Positions 1 to 11,125 of a stretch of DNA of 64,000 nt are shown piece after piece. The stretch lies in the NCBI RefSeq assembly GCF_045037415.1, contig NZ_CP173438.1; one strand, given 5' to 3'. Under the pieces are notes generated by a model. That model had not been told where the DNA came from. It saw nothing but the letters and a program-made list of their open reading frames with translations, and made no database searches. Source of the stretch: Escherichia coli (GTDB taxonomy: Bacteria > Pseudomonadota > Gammaproteobacteria > Enterobacterales > Enterobacteriaceae). Within the stretch, counting starts at the first letter, position 1. Every line of letters starts with the position of its first letter. The translations under genes and the position numbers were made by a program.

Positions 1-28
1 GATGGATATTCAAAAAAGAGTGAGTGAC

Positions 29-1726
29 ATGGAACCAAAAACAAAAAAACAGCGTTCGCTTTATATCCCTTACGCTGGCCCTGTATTGCTGGAATTTCCG
101 TTGTTGAATAAAGGCAGCGCCTTCAGCATGGAAGAACGCCGTAACTTCAACCTGCTGGGGTTACTGCCGGAAGTGGTCGAAACCATCGAAGAACAAGCGG
201 AACGAGCATGGATCCAGTATCAGGGATTCAAAACCGAAATCGACAAACACATCTACCTGCGTAACATCCAGGACACTAACGAAACCCTCTTCTACCGTCT
301 GGTAAACAATCATCTTGATGAGATGATGCCAGTCATTTACACCCCAACCGTCGGCGCAGCCTGTGAGCGTTTTTCTGAGATCTACCGCCGTTCACGCGGT
401 GTGTTTATCTCTTACCAGAACCGCCACAATATGGACGATATTCTGCAAAACGTACCAAACCATAATATCAAAGTGATTGTGGTGACTGACGGCGAACGTA
501 TTCTGGGGCTTGGTGACCAGGGCATCGGCGGGATGGGCATTCCGATCGGTAAACTGTCGCTCTATACCGCCTGTGGCGGCATCAGTCCGGCCTATACCCT
601 TCCGGTGGTGCTGGATGTCGGCACCAACAACCAACAGCTGCTTAACGATCCGCTGTATATGGGCTGGCGTAATCCGCGTATCACTGACGATGAATACTAT
701 GAATTCGTTGATGAATTTATCCAGGCTGTGAAACAACGCTGGCCGGACGTACTGTTGCAGTTTGAAGACTTCGCACAAAAAAATGCGATGCCGTTACTTA
801 ACCGCTATCGCAATGAAATTTGTTCTTTTAACGATGACATTCAGGGCACCGCGGCGGTAACAGTCGGCACACTGATCGCAGCCAGCCGCGCGGCAGGCGG
901 TCAGTTAAGCGAGAAAAAAATCGTCTTCCTTGGCGCAGGTTCAGCGGGATGCGGCATTGCCGAAATGATCATCGCCCAGACCCAGCGCGAAGGATTAAGC
1001 GAGGAAGCGGCGCGGCAGAAAGTCTTTATGGTCGATCGCTTTGGCCTGCTGACCGACAAGATGCCGAACCTGCTGCCTTTCCAGACCAAACTGGTGCAGA
1101 AGCGCGAAAATCTCAGTGACTGGGATACCGACAGCGATGTGTTGTCACTGCTGGATGTGGTGCGTAATGTAAAACCAGATATTCTGATTGGCGTCTCAGG
1201 ACAGACCGGGCTGTTTACGGAAGAGATCATCCGTGAGATGCATAAACACTGTCCGCGTCCGATCGTGATGCCGCTGTCTAACCCGACTTCACGCGTGGAA
1301 GCCACACCGCAGGACATTATCGCCTGGACTGAAGGTAACGCGCTGGTCGCCACTGGCAGTCCGTTTAATCCAGTGGTATGGAAAGATAAAATCTACCCTA
1401 TCGCCCAGTGTAACAACGCCTTTATTTTCCCGGGCATCGGGCTGGGTGTTATTGCTTCCGGCGCGTCACGTATCACCGATGAGATGCTGATGTCGGCAAG
1501 TGAAACACTTGCTCAGTATTCGCCGCTGGTCCTGAACGGCGAAGGTCTGGTACTACCGGAACTGAAAGATATTCAGAAAGTCTCCCGCGCAATTGCCTTT
1601 GCGGTTGGCAAAATGGCGCAGCAGCAAGGCGTGGCGGTGAAAACGTCTGCCGAAGCTCTGCAACAGGCCATTGATGATAATTTCTGGCACGCCGAATACC
1701 GCGACTACCGCCGTACCTCCATCTAA
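29..1726 (+). CDS. maeA: NAD-dependent malic enzyme (565 aa); 5' end close to window start, in-frame alternative start at 2
   Basis: ORF 2..1726; translation from [19 protein letters not shown] recognised as E. coli MaeA/SfcA; length fits 565 aa. Confidence 0.93.
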   Translation: MEPKTKKQRSLYIPYAGPVLLEFPLLNKGSAFSMEERRNFNLLGLLPEVVETIEEQAERAWIQYQGFKTEIDKHIYLRNIQDTNETLFYRLVNNHLDEMMPVIYTPTVGAACERFSEIYRRSRGVFISYQNRHNMDDILQNVPNHNIKVIVVTDGERILGLGDQGIGGMGIPIGKLSLYTACGGISPAYTLPVVLDVGTNNQQLLNDPLYMGWRNPRITDDEYYEFVDEFIQAVKQRWPDVLLQFEDFAQKNAMPLLNRYRNEICSFNDDIQGTAAVTVGTLIAASRAAGGQLSEKKIVFLGAGSAGCGIAEMIIAQTQREGLSEEAARQKVFMVDRFGLLTDKMPNLLPFQTKLVQKRENLSDWDTDSDVLSLLDVVRNVKPDILIGVSGQTGLFTEEIIREMHKHCPRPIVMPLSNPTSRVEATPQDIIAWTEGNALVATGSPFNPVVWKDKIYPIAQCNNAFIFPGIGLGVIASGASRITDEMLMSASETLAQYSPLVLNGEGLVLPELKDIQKVSRAIAFAVGKMAQQQGVAVKTSAEALQQAIDDNFWHAEYRDYRRTSI

Positions 1727-1733
1727 GCCTGCG

Positions 1734-1762
1734 CCCGGTAGTGAGGGCTACCGGGCAATTTT
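1734..1762 (+). terminator. Intrinsic terminator downstream of maeA
   Basis: 8-bp stem cccggtag/ctaccggg with 6-nt loop, followed by caattttcctctcccttttt. Confidence 0.55.
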
Positions 1763-1859
1763 CCTCTCCCTTTTTCAGATCTCATCCATACTGGGTAGTG
1801 GCGAATAAATCTCATTTGCCTCACCTGCTATGCAGAACATCATCCGAAAAGGAGGAACT

Positions 1860-2870
1860 ATGAAGGCTGCAGTTGTTACGAAGGATCATCATGTTGACGT
1901 TACGGATAAAACACTGCGCTCACTGAAACATGGCGAAGCCCTGCTGAAAATGGAGTGTTGTGGTGTATGTCATACCGATCTTCATGTTAAGAATGGCGAT
2001 TTTGGTGACAAAACCGGCGTGATTCTGGGACACGAAGGTATTGGTGTGGTGGCAGAAGTTGGCCCTGGTGTTACTTCATTAAAACCAGGCGATCGTGCCA
2101 GCGTGGCGTGGTTCTATGAAGGATGCGGTCATTGCGAATACTGTAACAGTGGTAACGAAACGCTCTGCCGTTCAGTTAAAAATGCCGGATACAGCGTTGA
2201 TGGCGGGATGGCGGAAGAGTGCATCGTGGTCGCCGATTACGCGGTAAAAGTGCCAGATGGTCTGGACTCGGCGGCGGCCAGCAGCATTACCTGTGCGGGG
2301 GTCACTACCTACAAAGCCGTTAAGCTGTCAAAAATTCGTCCAGGACAGTGGATTGCTATCTACGGTCTTGGCGGTCTGGGTAACCTCGCCCTGCAATACG
2401 CGAAGAATGTCTTTAACGCCAAAGTGATCGCCATTGATGTCAATGATGAACAGTTAAAACTGGCAACCAAAATGGGTGCAGATTTAGCGATTAACTCACG
2501 CACCGAAGACGCCGCCAAAATTGTGCAGGAGAAAGCCGGTGGCGCTCACGCAGCGGTGGTGACAGCGGTAGCTAAAGCTGCGTTTAACTCGGCGGTGGAT
2601 GCTGTCCGTGCAGGTGGTCGTGTCGTGGCTGTCGGTCTGCCGCCGGAGTCTATGAGCCTGGACATCCCACGGCTGGTGCTGGATGGTATTGAAGTGGTCG
2701 GTTCGCTGGTCGGCACGCGTCAGGATCTAACCGAAGCCTTCCAGTTTGCCGCCGAAGGCAAAGTGGTGCCGAAAGTCGCCCTGCGTCCGTTAGAGGACAT
2801 CAACACCATCTTTACCGAGATGGAAGAAGGCAAAATCCGTGGCCGTATGGTGATTGATTTCCGTCGCTAA
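1860..2870 (+). CDS. adhP: Zn-dependent alcohol dehydrogenase, propanol-preferring (336 aa)
   Basis: ORF 1830..2870; start taken at ATG 1860 ([11 protein letters not shown]) preceded by aaaaggagg SD; GHEGIG and CGHCEYC zinc-ADH motifs. Confidence 0.93.
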   Translation: MKAAVVTKDHHVDVTDKTLRSLKHGEALLKMECCGVCHTDLHVKNGDFGDKTGVILGHEGIGVVAEVGPGVTSLKPGDRASVAWFYEGCGHCEYCNSGNETLCRSVKNAGYSVDGGMAEECIVVADYAVKVPDGLDSAAASSITCAGVTTYKAVKLSKIRPGQWIAIYGLGGLGNLALQYAKNVFNAKVIAIDVNDEQLKLATKMGADLAINSRTEDAAKIVQEKAGGAHAAVVTAVAKAAFNSAVDAVRAGGRVVAVGLPPESMSLDIPRLVLDGIEVVGSLVGTRQDLTEAFQFAAEGKVVPKVALRPLEDINTIFTEMEEGKIRGRMVIDFRR

Positions 2871-2879
2871 GAGGTCTTT

Positions 2880-2907
2880 GCTGCGACTGCCATGTTCGGG
2901 TCGCAGC
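2880..2907 (+). terminator. Possible terminator hairpin after adhP
   Basis: 8-bp stem gctgcgac/gtcgcagc with 12-nt loop, followed by ctgtttcg (weak T tract). Confidence 0.35.
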
Positions 2908-3055
2908 CTGTTTCGCGAGACGCTTTCCGTAATTTCACTCTTCTTCTTTTCCTCCCCCATATTTCCCCTCACAATTCGCGAAAACGTAGCGAAATTTGTT
3001 GCGCTGCACGGAACAATAGTGATAGTGTTCCTTTTGAGGGAACAAGGATGAAGAG

Positions 3056-3333
3056 ATGATAATGAATTTCAGACACAAGGGATTGCGTGACTTGTTTCTT
3101 CTCGGCAAAACCTCCGGCGTTATACCGACGCAAGTCAAACGATTACGCCACCACTCGCTGTGATTGATGCAGCATGCTGTCTTGCTGATATCGATATGCC
3201 CGGTTACCGACTACATCCGTTAAGCGGCGATCGCGATGGAATTTGGGCGATATCTGTCTCGGGCAACTGGCGAATCACATTTGAATTCGTCAATGGCGAT
3301 GCATACATACTGGATTACGAGGACTATCACTGA
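3056..3333 (+). pseudogene. HigB-like (RelE/ParE superfamily) toxin gene disrupted by a frameshift near 3158-3163
   Basis: Frame A 3056..3163 = MIMNFRHKGLRDLFLLGKTSGVIPTQVKRLRHHSL*; frame B 3160..3333 = [57 protein letters not shown]; stop overlaps the yddM ATG (tgATG); pattern matches plasmid-maintenance-killer HigB family as recalled. Confidence 0.6.
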
Positions 3334-3617
3334 TGAAAATGGCCAATCATCCCCGCCCGGGGGACATTATTCAGGAATCACTGGACGAACTTAATGTCAG
3401 CCTGCGCGAGTTTGCCAGAGCAATGGAAATTGCGCCCTCAACGGCAAGCCGATTGCTGACCGGAAAAGCAGCTTTGACGCCAGAAATGGCAATAAAACTT
3501 TCCGTGGTGATCGGCAGTTCGCCGCAAATGTGGCTGAATCTGCAAAATGCCTGGAGTCTGGCAGAGGCGGAAAAAACGGTGGATGTGTCGCGACTGCGCC
3601 GTCTGGTTACGCAATAA
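3333..3617 (+). CDS. yddM: HigA-like XRE-family HTH antitoxin / putative transcriptional regulator (94 aa)
   Basis: ORF 3333..3617; HTH motif [26 protein letters not shown]; positioned immediately 3' of the HigB-like frames. Confidence 0.88.
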
Positions 3618-3645
3618 AAAATGGCGCTTCTTAAAGCGCCATTTT
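3618..3645. terminator. Bidirectional intrinsic terminator between convergent yddM and fdnI
   Basis: 11-bp stem aaaatggcgct/agcgccatttt with 6-nt loop; U-runs on both strands. Confidence 0.65.
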
Positions 3646-3666
3646 CAGCTTAAAGTTCAAAAGAGA

Positions 3667-4320
3667 TTATATCCCTTCTTCACTCTCTTTTTTCGCTTCT
3701 GCCTTCTCGATTTCACGATACCAGCGCGGATGGTGTTTCTTCGCCCAGCGACGGCTCACCTTCCCTTCGATCATCCCTTTAATCGATCCTTTCACCCAGA
3801 ATGCCATATACATATGGATCAGGATGGCGTGGATCAGGATGATACCCGCAGCCGCATGGATCAGCAGGCTATAACGGACAACCTGTATCGGGAAGTACTG
3901 CGCAAAGTACGGACGCCAGATAATCACTCCGGTCACCAGCAGCACGAAAATCATGCTCATGATTGACCAGAACATCATCTTTTGCCCGGCGTTGTACTTA
4001 CCGACATCCGCCACTTTGTGCTCATTGCCTTTTAATACTTCGACAATGTTCAACAGCCACGGAATATCTTTCTTATCCGGGATGTTGTGATGCACAAAAC
4101 GCACAAACATAAACATCAGCGCGACGAAAATCGCAATGCCGAAGAACGGGTGCAAAATGCGTCCCATCTGCGGCGTACCGAAGGTTTGCGTCAGCCATTG
4201 CAGCGTCGGGAAGAAGAACGAAATCCCGGACAGCGCCACCAGGAAGAAGCAAATCACCACGGTCCAGTGACAGGCGCGATCAATAAATTTGGTGCGCACA
4301 ATCATTTTCGACTTACTCAT
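3667..4320 (-). CDS. fdnI: Formate dehydrogenase-N gamma subunit, cytochrome b556 (217 aa)
   Basis: ORF 3667..4362 trimmed to the [12 protein letters not shown] start; membrane protein; start overlaps end of fdnH. Confidence 0.92.
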   Translation of the reverse strand: MSKSKMIVRTKFIDRACHWTVVICFFLVALSGISFFFPTLQWLTQTFGTPQMGRILHPFFGIAIFVALMFMFVRFVHHNIPDKKDIPWLLNIVEVLKGNEHKVADVGKYNAGQKMMFWSIMSMIFVLLVTGVIIWRPYFAQYFPIQVVRYSLLIHAAAGIILIHAILIHMYMAFWVKGSIKGMIEGKVSRRWAKKHHPRWYREIEKAEAKKESEEGI

Positions 4321-5197
4321 GATTTCCCTCCTCCTCATCGTCCACTTCCTTATTCGGGCCAATACCGATGTAGTGGAAAATCAACCCGGCAAAAGTGGCA
4401 ATAAAGCCAGCCGCTGCCAGCGGTTTCAACGCGCCTTTCCACAGGCTTACCGAGGTATCGATCTTCGGATCTTTCGGCAGACCATGATACAGCTCCGGCT
4501 GATCGGCGTGATGCAGCACGTACATAACGTGCGTACCACCGACCCCTTCCGGGTTGTAGACGCCAGCATGTTCGTAACCACGCGCTTTCAGTTTCGCCAC
4601 GCGCTGTTCCGCCAGCTCCAGCATCTCCTTCTTGGTGCCGAAGTGGATAGCCCCGGTCGGACAGGTTTTCACACAAGCCGGTTCCTGGCCGACGCTGACG
4701 CGATCGACACAGAGCGTGCATTTATATACCCGGTTATCCTCTTTGTTGAGGCGCGGAATATTAAACGGACACCCGGCAATGCAGTAACCACAGCCGATGC
4801 AGTTTTCCGACTGGAAATCGACAATCCCGTTAGCGTACTGAATGATTGCACCAGCAGACGGGCATGCCTTCAGGCAGCCCGGATCTTCACAGTGCATACA
4901 GCCGTCTTTACGGATCAGCCACTCCAGCTTGCCGTTCTGTTCGGTTTCGCTAAAGCGCATCACCGTCCAGGACTTGGCGCTCAGATCGGCGGGGTTATCG
5001 TAAACCCCGACGCAGTGCCCCACTTCATCACGGATGTCGTTCCACTCCGAACACGCCACCTGACAGGCTTTACAGCCGATACAAGTGGAAACGTCGATAA
5101 GTTTCGCGACTTCTGCTTTGTAATCACGCACCTGAGAAGGCGGCGTGATGGAGTTAGTTGCGGACCTTTTGATAATGTCCTGCGTTTCCATAGCCAT
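4313..5197 (-). CDS. fdnH: Formate dehydrogenase-N beta subunit, 4Fe-4S ferredoxin-type (294 aa)
   Basis: ORF 4313..5197; multiple CxxCxxCxxxCP iron-sulfur motifs ([23 protein letters not shown]). Confidence 0.93.
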   Translation of the reverse strand: MAMETQDIIKRSATNSITPPSQVRDYKAEVAKLIDVSTCIGCKACQVACSEWNDIRDEVGHCVGVYDNPADLSAKSWTVMRFSETEQNGKLEWLIRKDGCMHCEDPGCLKACPSAGAIIQYANGIVDFQSENCIGCGYCIAGCPFNIPRLNKEDNRVYKCTLCVDRVSVGQEPACVKTCPTGAIHFGTKKEMLELAEQRVAKLKARGYEHAGVYNPEGVGGTHVMYVLHHADQPELYHGLPKDPKIDTSVSLWKGALKPLAAAGFIATFAGLIFHYIGIGPNKEVDDEEEGNHE

Positions 5198-5209
5198 CTG
5201 TTCGCCCCC

Positions 5210-8200
5210 TTACGCCTTCTCGATGTTTACTAAGAACGCTTTATATTCCGGCGTTTGCGAGTTTGCATCACCGACATTCGGCGTCAGAGTGTTAGCGATA
5301 TAACCTTTACGCGCGACACCTTCAAAGCCCCAGTGGATTGGAATACCCACCGTTTCAACCTGCTGACCGTTTACATTCAGCGGTTTCAGACGGCGCGTTA
5401 CCACAGCCACCGCGCGGATAAAGCCACGCTTGCTGGAGACAGTGACACGATCGCCATTGGCAATGCCTTTCGCCGCCGCCAGCGTTTCGCTGATTTCCAC
5501 AAACTGTTCCGGCTGAGCAATTGCGTTGAGCAATGCGTGCTTGGTCCAGGTGTGGAAGTGCTCCGTCAGACGATAGGTCGTACCCACATACGGGAACTGC
5601 TCTTTTTTACCCATCCGCAGCGCGTCTTGTTCATACAGACGAACAACCGGGTTAGACACCACGTTCGGATGCAACGGGTTAGTGCCCAGCGGCGTTTCAA
5701 TTGGCTCGTAGTGTTCCGGGAACGGACCTTCCGCCATTTTGTTGATGGCAAACAGGCGTCCCATCCCTTCCGGTTGCATGATAAACGGCCCGGTTGGCGT
5801 ACCCGGCGCGGCATTGCCGAAGTCCGGAATATCGTTACCCGTCCACTTGCTACCGTTCCACTGGATCAGCATCCGTTTCGGATCCCACGGTTTACCGTTG
5901 ATATCCGCCGAAGCACGGTTGTAGAGTACGCGACGGTTGAGCGGCCACGCCCAGGCCCATCCCAGCGTATTCCCCAGACCGGACGGGTCGGAGTTATCGC
6001 GGTTAGCCATCTGGTTGCCCTGCTCGGTCCAGCTACCGGTGTAGATCCAGCAAGAAGATGCGGTTGTACCGTCATCACGCAGATGTGCAAAGCTACTCAG
6101 CAACTGACCTTTCTTCGCAATCAGCACGCCATTAGCGTCATAGAGATCTTCCAGCGCATAGCCGTTATTCTCTTTCGCCACTTCATCAGACTGCGGTTCG
6201 TGCGGCTGCTTGTAGTTCCAGCTCATCTTCATCAGCGGTTCTACGCCTTTACCACCTTCGGCCTGGTACAGCTCGCGCAGATGATGGTAGATACCCGCCA
6301 GAATTTCGCCGTCGTTACGTGCTTCGCCCGGCGCGTCCTGACCTTTCCAGTGCCACTGCAACCAGCGACCGGAGTTAGCGATAGAACCATCTTCTTCAGC
6401 AAAGCAGGTCGAAGGCAGACGGAATACTTCAGTCTGAATAGATGCCGGATCGACATCGTTCGACTCGCCGTGGTTCTGCCAGAAGGTAGAGGTTTCAGTC
6501 ACCAGCGGATCGATAACCACCATGTACTTCAGCTTGCTCAGGCAGCTCACCACTTTGTTTTTGTCCGGGAAGGACGCAACCGGGTTAAAGCCCTGGCAGA
6601 AATAACCGGTGACTTTACCTTCATCCATCATGTTGAAATACTTGATGACGTCGTAGGTCTGGTCCCACTTCGGCAGCCAGTCGTAGCCCCAGTTGTTCTC
6701 TTTCTGCGCGGCATCGCCGTAGAAAGATTTCATCAGGCTAACGAAAAACTTCGGATAGTTGCTCCAGTAGTTCACCTGATCAGCCAGCGTCGCTTTCGGC
6801 GTGTTCGCTTCCAGATACGACTGCAAATCAACCTGTTTTTCTGACGGCAGCGTCAGATAACCTGGCAGGCTGGTAGAGAGCAGGCCTAAGTCAGTCAGGC
6901 CCTGAATGTTGGAGTGACCACGCAATGCGTTCACGCCGCCACCGGCCATACCCATGTTACCGAGCAGCAACTGGATCATCGCCATCGTACGGATGTTCTG
7001 CGCACCCACGGTGTGCTGCGTCCAGCCCAGCGCGTACAGGAAGGTGGTTGTGCGATCCGGTGCGCTGGTGGAGGCCAGCACTTCACACACTTTCAGGAAG
7101 TCGGCTTTTGGCGTACCGCAAATGTTTTCTACTACGTCCGGCGTGTAGCGGGAAACGTGCGCTTTCAGCAGATTCCATACACAGCGCGGATGAGTCAGCG
7201 TGTCATCGCGTTTCGCATAGCCGTTTTCATCGAACTGATAGTTCCAGGACGACTTATCGTATTGACGTTTTTCAGCGTCGTAGCCGCTGAACAGACCGTC
7301 TTCGAAAGCAAAATCATCACGCACCAGCAGGCTGGCGTTGGTGTAATGCTTAACGTATTCGGCGTTGATTTTGTTGTTTTCGATCAGGTAGCGCAAAACG
7401 CCAGACAGGAACGTAATGTCCGTACCGGAACGAATAGGTGCGTAAATATCCGCCACAGAAGCGGTACGCGTAAAACGGGGATCGACAACGATCAAGGTTG
7501 CATCGTTGTTGTTTTTCGCTTCCATCGCCCAGCGGAAACCGACGGGATGCGCTTCAGCAGCGTTACCGCCCATCACCATTACGACGTTAGCGTTTTTGAT
7601 ATCCACCCAGTGGTTGGTCATCGCACCGCGACCAAATGTTGGAGCAAGACTTGCTACCGTTGGTCCGTGTCAGACGCGCGCCTGGTTGTCTACCGCCAGC
7701 ATCCCGAGGGAGCGGGCAAATTTTTGAGTCAGCATCCCGGTTTCGTTGCTGGCACCGGAAGCACACAGCATACCGGTAGAAAGCCAACGGTTTACCGTTA
7801 CGCCCTGCTCGTTCTTTTCAATAAAGTTAGCGTCACGGTCGGCTTTCATCAGCTTCGCAATACGGGAGAATGCTTCTTCCCAGCTAATGCGCTGCCATTT
7901 GTCAGAACCTGGCGCACGATATTCCGGGTAGCGCAGACGGTTTTCGCTGTTGACATAATCCAGCAAACCGGCCCCTTTCGGGCACAGCGCACCACGACTT
8001 ACCGGATGATCCGGGTCACCTTCAATGTGATAAATCGCTTCTCTGGCGTTTTTCGCGCCATCACCCAGGCTATACATCAATAGCCCGCAACCTACGGAAC
8101 AGTATGTGCAGGTGTTACGGATCTCTTTCGCGCGTAATAATTTGTAGTTTCGCGCCTGAGCCAGTGCTTGCTTCGGGGCAAAGCCCAATGCTGCTACTGT

Positions 8201-8257
8201 TGTTCCCGCCATACCGCCCGCGCAGATTTTAAAAAATTGTCTGCGACTGACGTCCAT
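5210..8257 (-). CDS. fdnG: Formate dehydrogenase-N alpha subunit, selenoprotein (1015 aa) with in-frame UGA at 7670..7672 read as selenocysteine; Tat signal peptide
   Basis: Two in-frame ORFs 7670..8257 (ends ...VDNQARV then TGA) and 5210..7621; intervening codons translate HGPTVASLAPTFGRGA with no other stop; N-terminus MDVSRRQFFK is a twin-arginine motif. Confidence 0.93.
7625..7669 (-). promoter_or_regulatory. SECIS-like region immediately 3' of the fdnG UGA codon
   Basis: mRNA segment CACGGACCAACGGUAGCAAGUCUUGCUCCAACAUUUGGUCGC contains complementary GACCAA/UUGGUC and GCAAG/CUUGC arms; bacterial SECIS elements sit directly downstream of the UGA. Confidence 0.55.
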
Positions 8258-8488
8258 TGCTTTCCTCTTTTTTCAGGGGTATTACTGCGCGAGGAAACTA
8301 ACAGTAAAATTCTGAATCTTTTTGCGCGAAATCAAAAAGAACACGTGTTTGCCACAAAATAATCCGCCTGCGCAAATTGACCTACCTCAATAGCGGTAGA
8401 AAAACGCACCACTGCCTGACAGGCCAGTTAAAAAAATGCTATAAAATTCAGCTTAATTTTTAACGGCAAGAGAGACAAAACAGCGAGC
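8258..8488. promoter_or_regulatory. Divergent fdnG / yddG promoter region with FNR-like site (8322..8335) and NarL-like 7-2-7 heptamer pair (8383..8398)
   Basis: ttgcgcgaaatcaa resembles TTGAT-N4-ATCAA; tacctca-at-agcggta resembles inverted TACYYMT heptamers. Confidence 0.45.
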
Positions 8489-9370
8489 ATGACACGTCAA
8501 AAAGCAACGCTCATAGGGCTAATAGCGATCGTCCTGTGGAGCACGATGGTAGGATTGATTCGCGGTGTCAGTGAGGGACTCGGCCCGGTCGGCGGCGCAG
8601 CTGCTATCTATTCATTAAGCGGGCTGCTGTTAATCTTCACGGTTGGATTTCCGCGTATTCGGCAGATCCCGAAAGGCTATTTACTCGCCGGGAGTCTGTT
8701 ATTCGTCAGCTATGAAATCTGTCTGGCGCTTTCCTTAGGGTATGCGGCGACCCGTCATCAGGCGATTGAAGTGGGGATGGTGAACTATCTATGGCCCAGC
8801 CTGACAATTCTCTTTGCCATTCTGTTTAATGGTCAGAAAACCAACTGGCTGATTGTACCAGGATTATTATTAGCCCTGGTCGGCGTCTGCTGGGTGTTAG
8901 GCGGTGACAATGGGTTACATTATGATGAAATTATCAATAATATCACCACCAGCCCATTGAGTTATTTCCTGGCGTTCATTGGGGCGTTTATCTGGGCAGT
9001 CTACTGCACAGTAACGAATAAATACGCACGCGGATTTAACGGAATTACCGTTTTTGTCCTGCTAACGGGAGCAAGTCTGTGGGTTTACTATTTTCTTACG
9101 CCACAACCAGAAATGGTATTTAGCACGCCCGTCATGATTAAACTCATCTCTGCGGCATTTACCTTAGGATTTGCTTATGCTGCATGGAATGTCGGTATAT
9201 TACATGGCAACGTCACCATAATGGCGGTAGGTTCGTATTTTACGCCCGTCCTTTCCTCAGCGCTTGCAGCCGTGCTGCTCAGCGCCCCGCTGTCGTTCTC
9301 GTTCTGGCAAGGCGCGCTAATGGTCTGCGGCGGTTCCCTGCTCTGCTGGCTGGCGACACGTCGTGGCTAA
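8489..9370 (+). CDS. yddG: Aromatic amino acid exporter, DMT family (293 aa)
   Basis: ORF 8489..9370; MTRQKATLIGLIAIVLWSTMVGL recognised as YddG; polytopic membrane protein. Confidence 0.88.
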   Translation: MTRQKATLIGLIAIVLWSTMVGLIRGVSEGLGPVGGAAAIYSLSGLLLIFTVGFPRIRQIPKGYLLAGSLLFVSYEICLALSLGYAATRHQAIEVGMVNYLWPSLTILFAILFNGQKTNWLIVPGLLLALVGVCWVLGGDNGLHYDEIINNITTSPLSYFLAFIGAFIWAVYCTVTNKYARGFNGITVFVLLTGASLWVYYFLTPQPEMVFSTPVMIKLISAAFTLGFAYAAWNVGILHGNVTIMAVGSYFTPVLSSALAAVLLSAPLSFSFWQGALMVCGGSLLCWLATRRG

Positions 9371-9642
9371 AATAATTGTCGGGTCTACGGCCCGGCAGTT
9401 AATCAGATAAATTCTGACAATATTAAAAAATAAATTTCAAATACCAGAAAGTCATTTTAGTTACATTTAGTAACACATATCTGTCTGTTTAATCCACATT
9501 CTGCCCCCGCAGTTACGCTTTCTTATCTATTCTTCTAATCAGCACTTCACCTGATTCATCCTTAATTCTAATAACTGGCTATTGCGCCTTACCTCCTGTT
9601 TTGTCTTTTTTTCATTACCAATGTGTGCATGTGAGGAACAAT

Positions 9643-11031
9643 ATGGCACTGCAAAATGAGAAAAATAGTCGTTATCTTTTACGCGACTGGAAACCAGAAA
9701 ATCCGGCCTTCTGGGAAAATAAAGGAAAGCATATTGCACGAAGAAACCTCTGGATATCAGTCAGTTGTCTACTTCTTGCCTTCTGTGTCTGGATGCTATT
9801 TAGCGCAGTTACTGTTAATCTCAATAAAATCGGTTTTAATTTTACTACCGATCAACTCTTTTTATTAACCGCATTACCCTCCATTTCTGGCGCATTATTG
9901 CGTGTCCCCTACTCCTTTATGGTGCCTATATTCGGTGGACGCCGATGGACGGTTTTTAGTACTGCAATCCTGATTATTCCTTGCGTCTGGCTCGGAATTG
10001 CCGTGCAGAATCCGAATACTCCTTTTGGGATATTTATCGTTATCGCTTTGCTATGCGGTTTTGCAGGTGCGAACTTTGCTTCGAGCATGGGCAATATCAG
10101 TTTCTTCTTTCCAAAAGCCAAACAAGGGAGCGCTCTTGGGATTAATGGCGGATTAGGAAACTTAGGTGTAAGTGTAATGCAGCTGGTTGCACCGCTGGTC
10201 ATTTTTGTCCCCGTATTTGCCTTTCTCGGCGTCAATGGCGTACCGCAGGCCGACGGTTCGGTGATGTCGCTGGCGAATGCCGCATGGATTTGGGTGCCAT
10301 TACTGGCGATTGCCACGATCGCCGCCTGGTCAGGGATGAATGATATCGCCAGTTCACGCGCCTCAATTGCCGACCAGCTCCCTGTCTTACAACGCCTGCA
10401 TCTCTGGCTGCTGAGCCTGCTTTACCTTGCCACCTTCGGTTCGTTTATCGGTTTTTCTGCGGGTTTTGCCATGCTGGCAAAAACCCAGTTCCCGGATGTG
10501 AATATTCTGCGCCTGGCGTTCTTTGGCCCATTTATCGGTGCCATCGCGCGATCGGTTGGTGGTGCTATTTCCGATAAATTCGGCGGCGTGCGGGTGACGT
10601 TGATCAACTTCATTTTTATGGCGATTTTCAGCGCCCTGCTGTTCCTTACCTTACCGGGCACAGGCTCCGGTAATTTCATCGCATTTTACGCCGTATTTAT
10701 GGGGCTGTTTCTGACCGCGGGTCTGGGAAGTGGTTCTACTTTCCAGATGATCGCCGTCATCTTTCGCCAGATAACAATTTATCGGGTGAAGATGAAAGGC
10801 GGTAGTGATGAGCAAGCTCAAAGAGAAGCCGTCACCGAAACGGCAGCCGCTCTGGGCTTTATCTCAGCCATTGGCGCAGTGGGCGGCTTTTTTATTCCGC
10901 AGGCGTTTGGCATGTCGCTCAATATGACCGGCTCTCCGGTGGGCGCGATGAAAGTGTTTTTAATCTTCTACATCGTTTGTGTGCTACTGACCTGGCTGGT
11001 TTATGGTCGGCGGAAGTTCAGCCAAAAATAA
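9643..11031 (+). CDS. narU: Nitrate/nitrite transporter, MFS (462 aa)
   Basis: ORF 9601..11031 trimmed to ATG 9643 (MALQNEKNSRYLLRDW); multi-TM MFS protein. Confidence 0.88.
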   Translation: MALQNEKNSRYLLRDWKPENPAFWENKGKHIARRNLWISVSCLLLAFCVWMLFSAVTVNLNKIGFNFTTDQLFLLTALPSISGALLRVPYSFMVPIFGGRRWTVFSTAILIIPCVWLGIAVQNPNTPFGIFIVIALLCGFAGANFASSMGNISFFFPKAKQGSALGINGGLGNLGVSVMQLVAPLVIFVPVFAFLGVNGVPQADGSVMSLANAAWIWVPLLAIATIAAWSGMNDIASSRASIADQLPVLQRLHLWLLSLLYLATFGSFIGFSAGFAMLAKTQFPDVNILRLAFFGPFIGAIARSVGGAISDKFGGVRVTLINFIFMAIFSALLFLTLPGTGSGNFIAFYAVFMGLFLTAGLGSGSTFQMIAVIFRQITIYRVKMKGGSDEQAQREAVTETAAALGFISAIGAVGGFFIPQAFGMSLNMTGSPVGAMKVFLIFYIVCVLLTWLVYGRRKFSQK

Positions 11032-11125
11032 GAGATCGATGCCTGACACGTCTTATCAGGCTACAACCGTGTCGCATCCGACAAGGCATCAGATCCCAAT
11101 TCATTCCTGGAGCAGGAGTTATGTC

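Noticed and set aside
4289-5233. Plus-strand ORF of 314 aa and other overlapping ORFs in the fdnH/fdnI region
   Set aside because: Antisense to fdnH, with no family resemblance.
5255-8083. Long plus-strand ORFs (5255..6844, 529 aa; 6914..8083, 389 aa) and several shorter ones
   Set aside because: They lie entirely antisense to fdnG, are Arg/His/Val-rich with no recognisable domains or RBS, and are typical shadow ORFs of a GC-rich gene.
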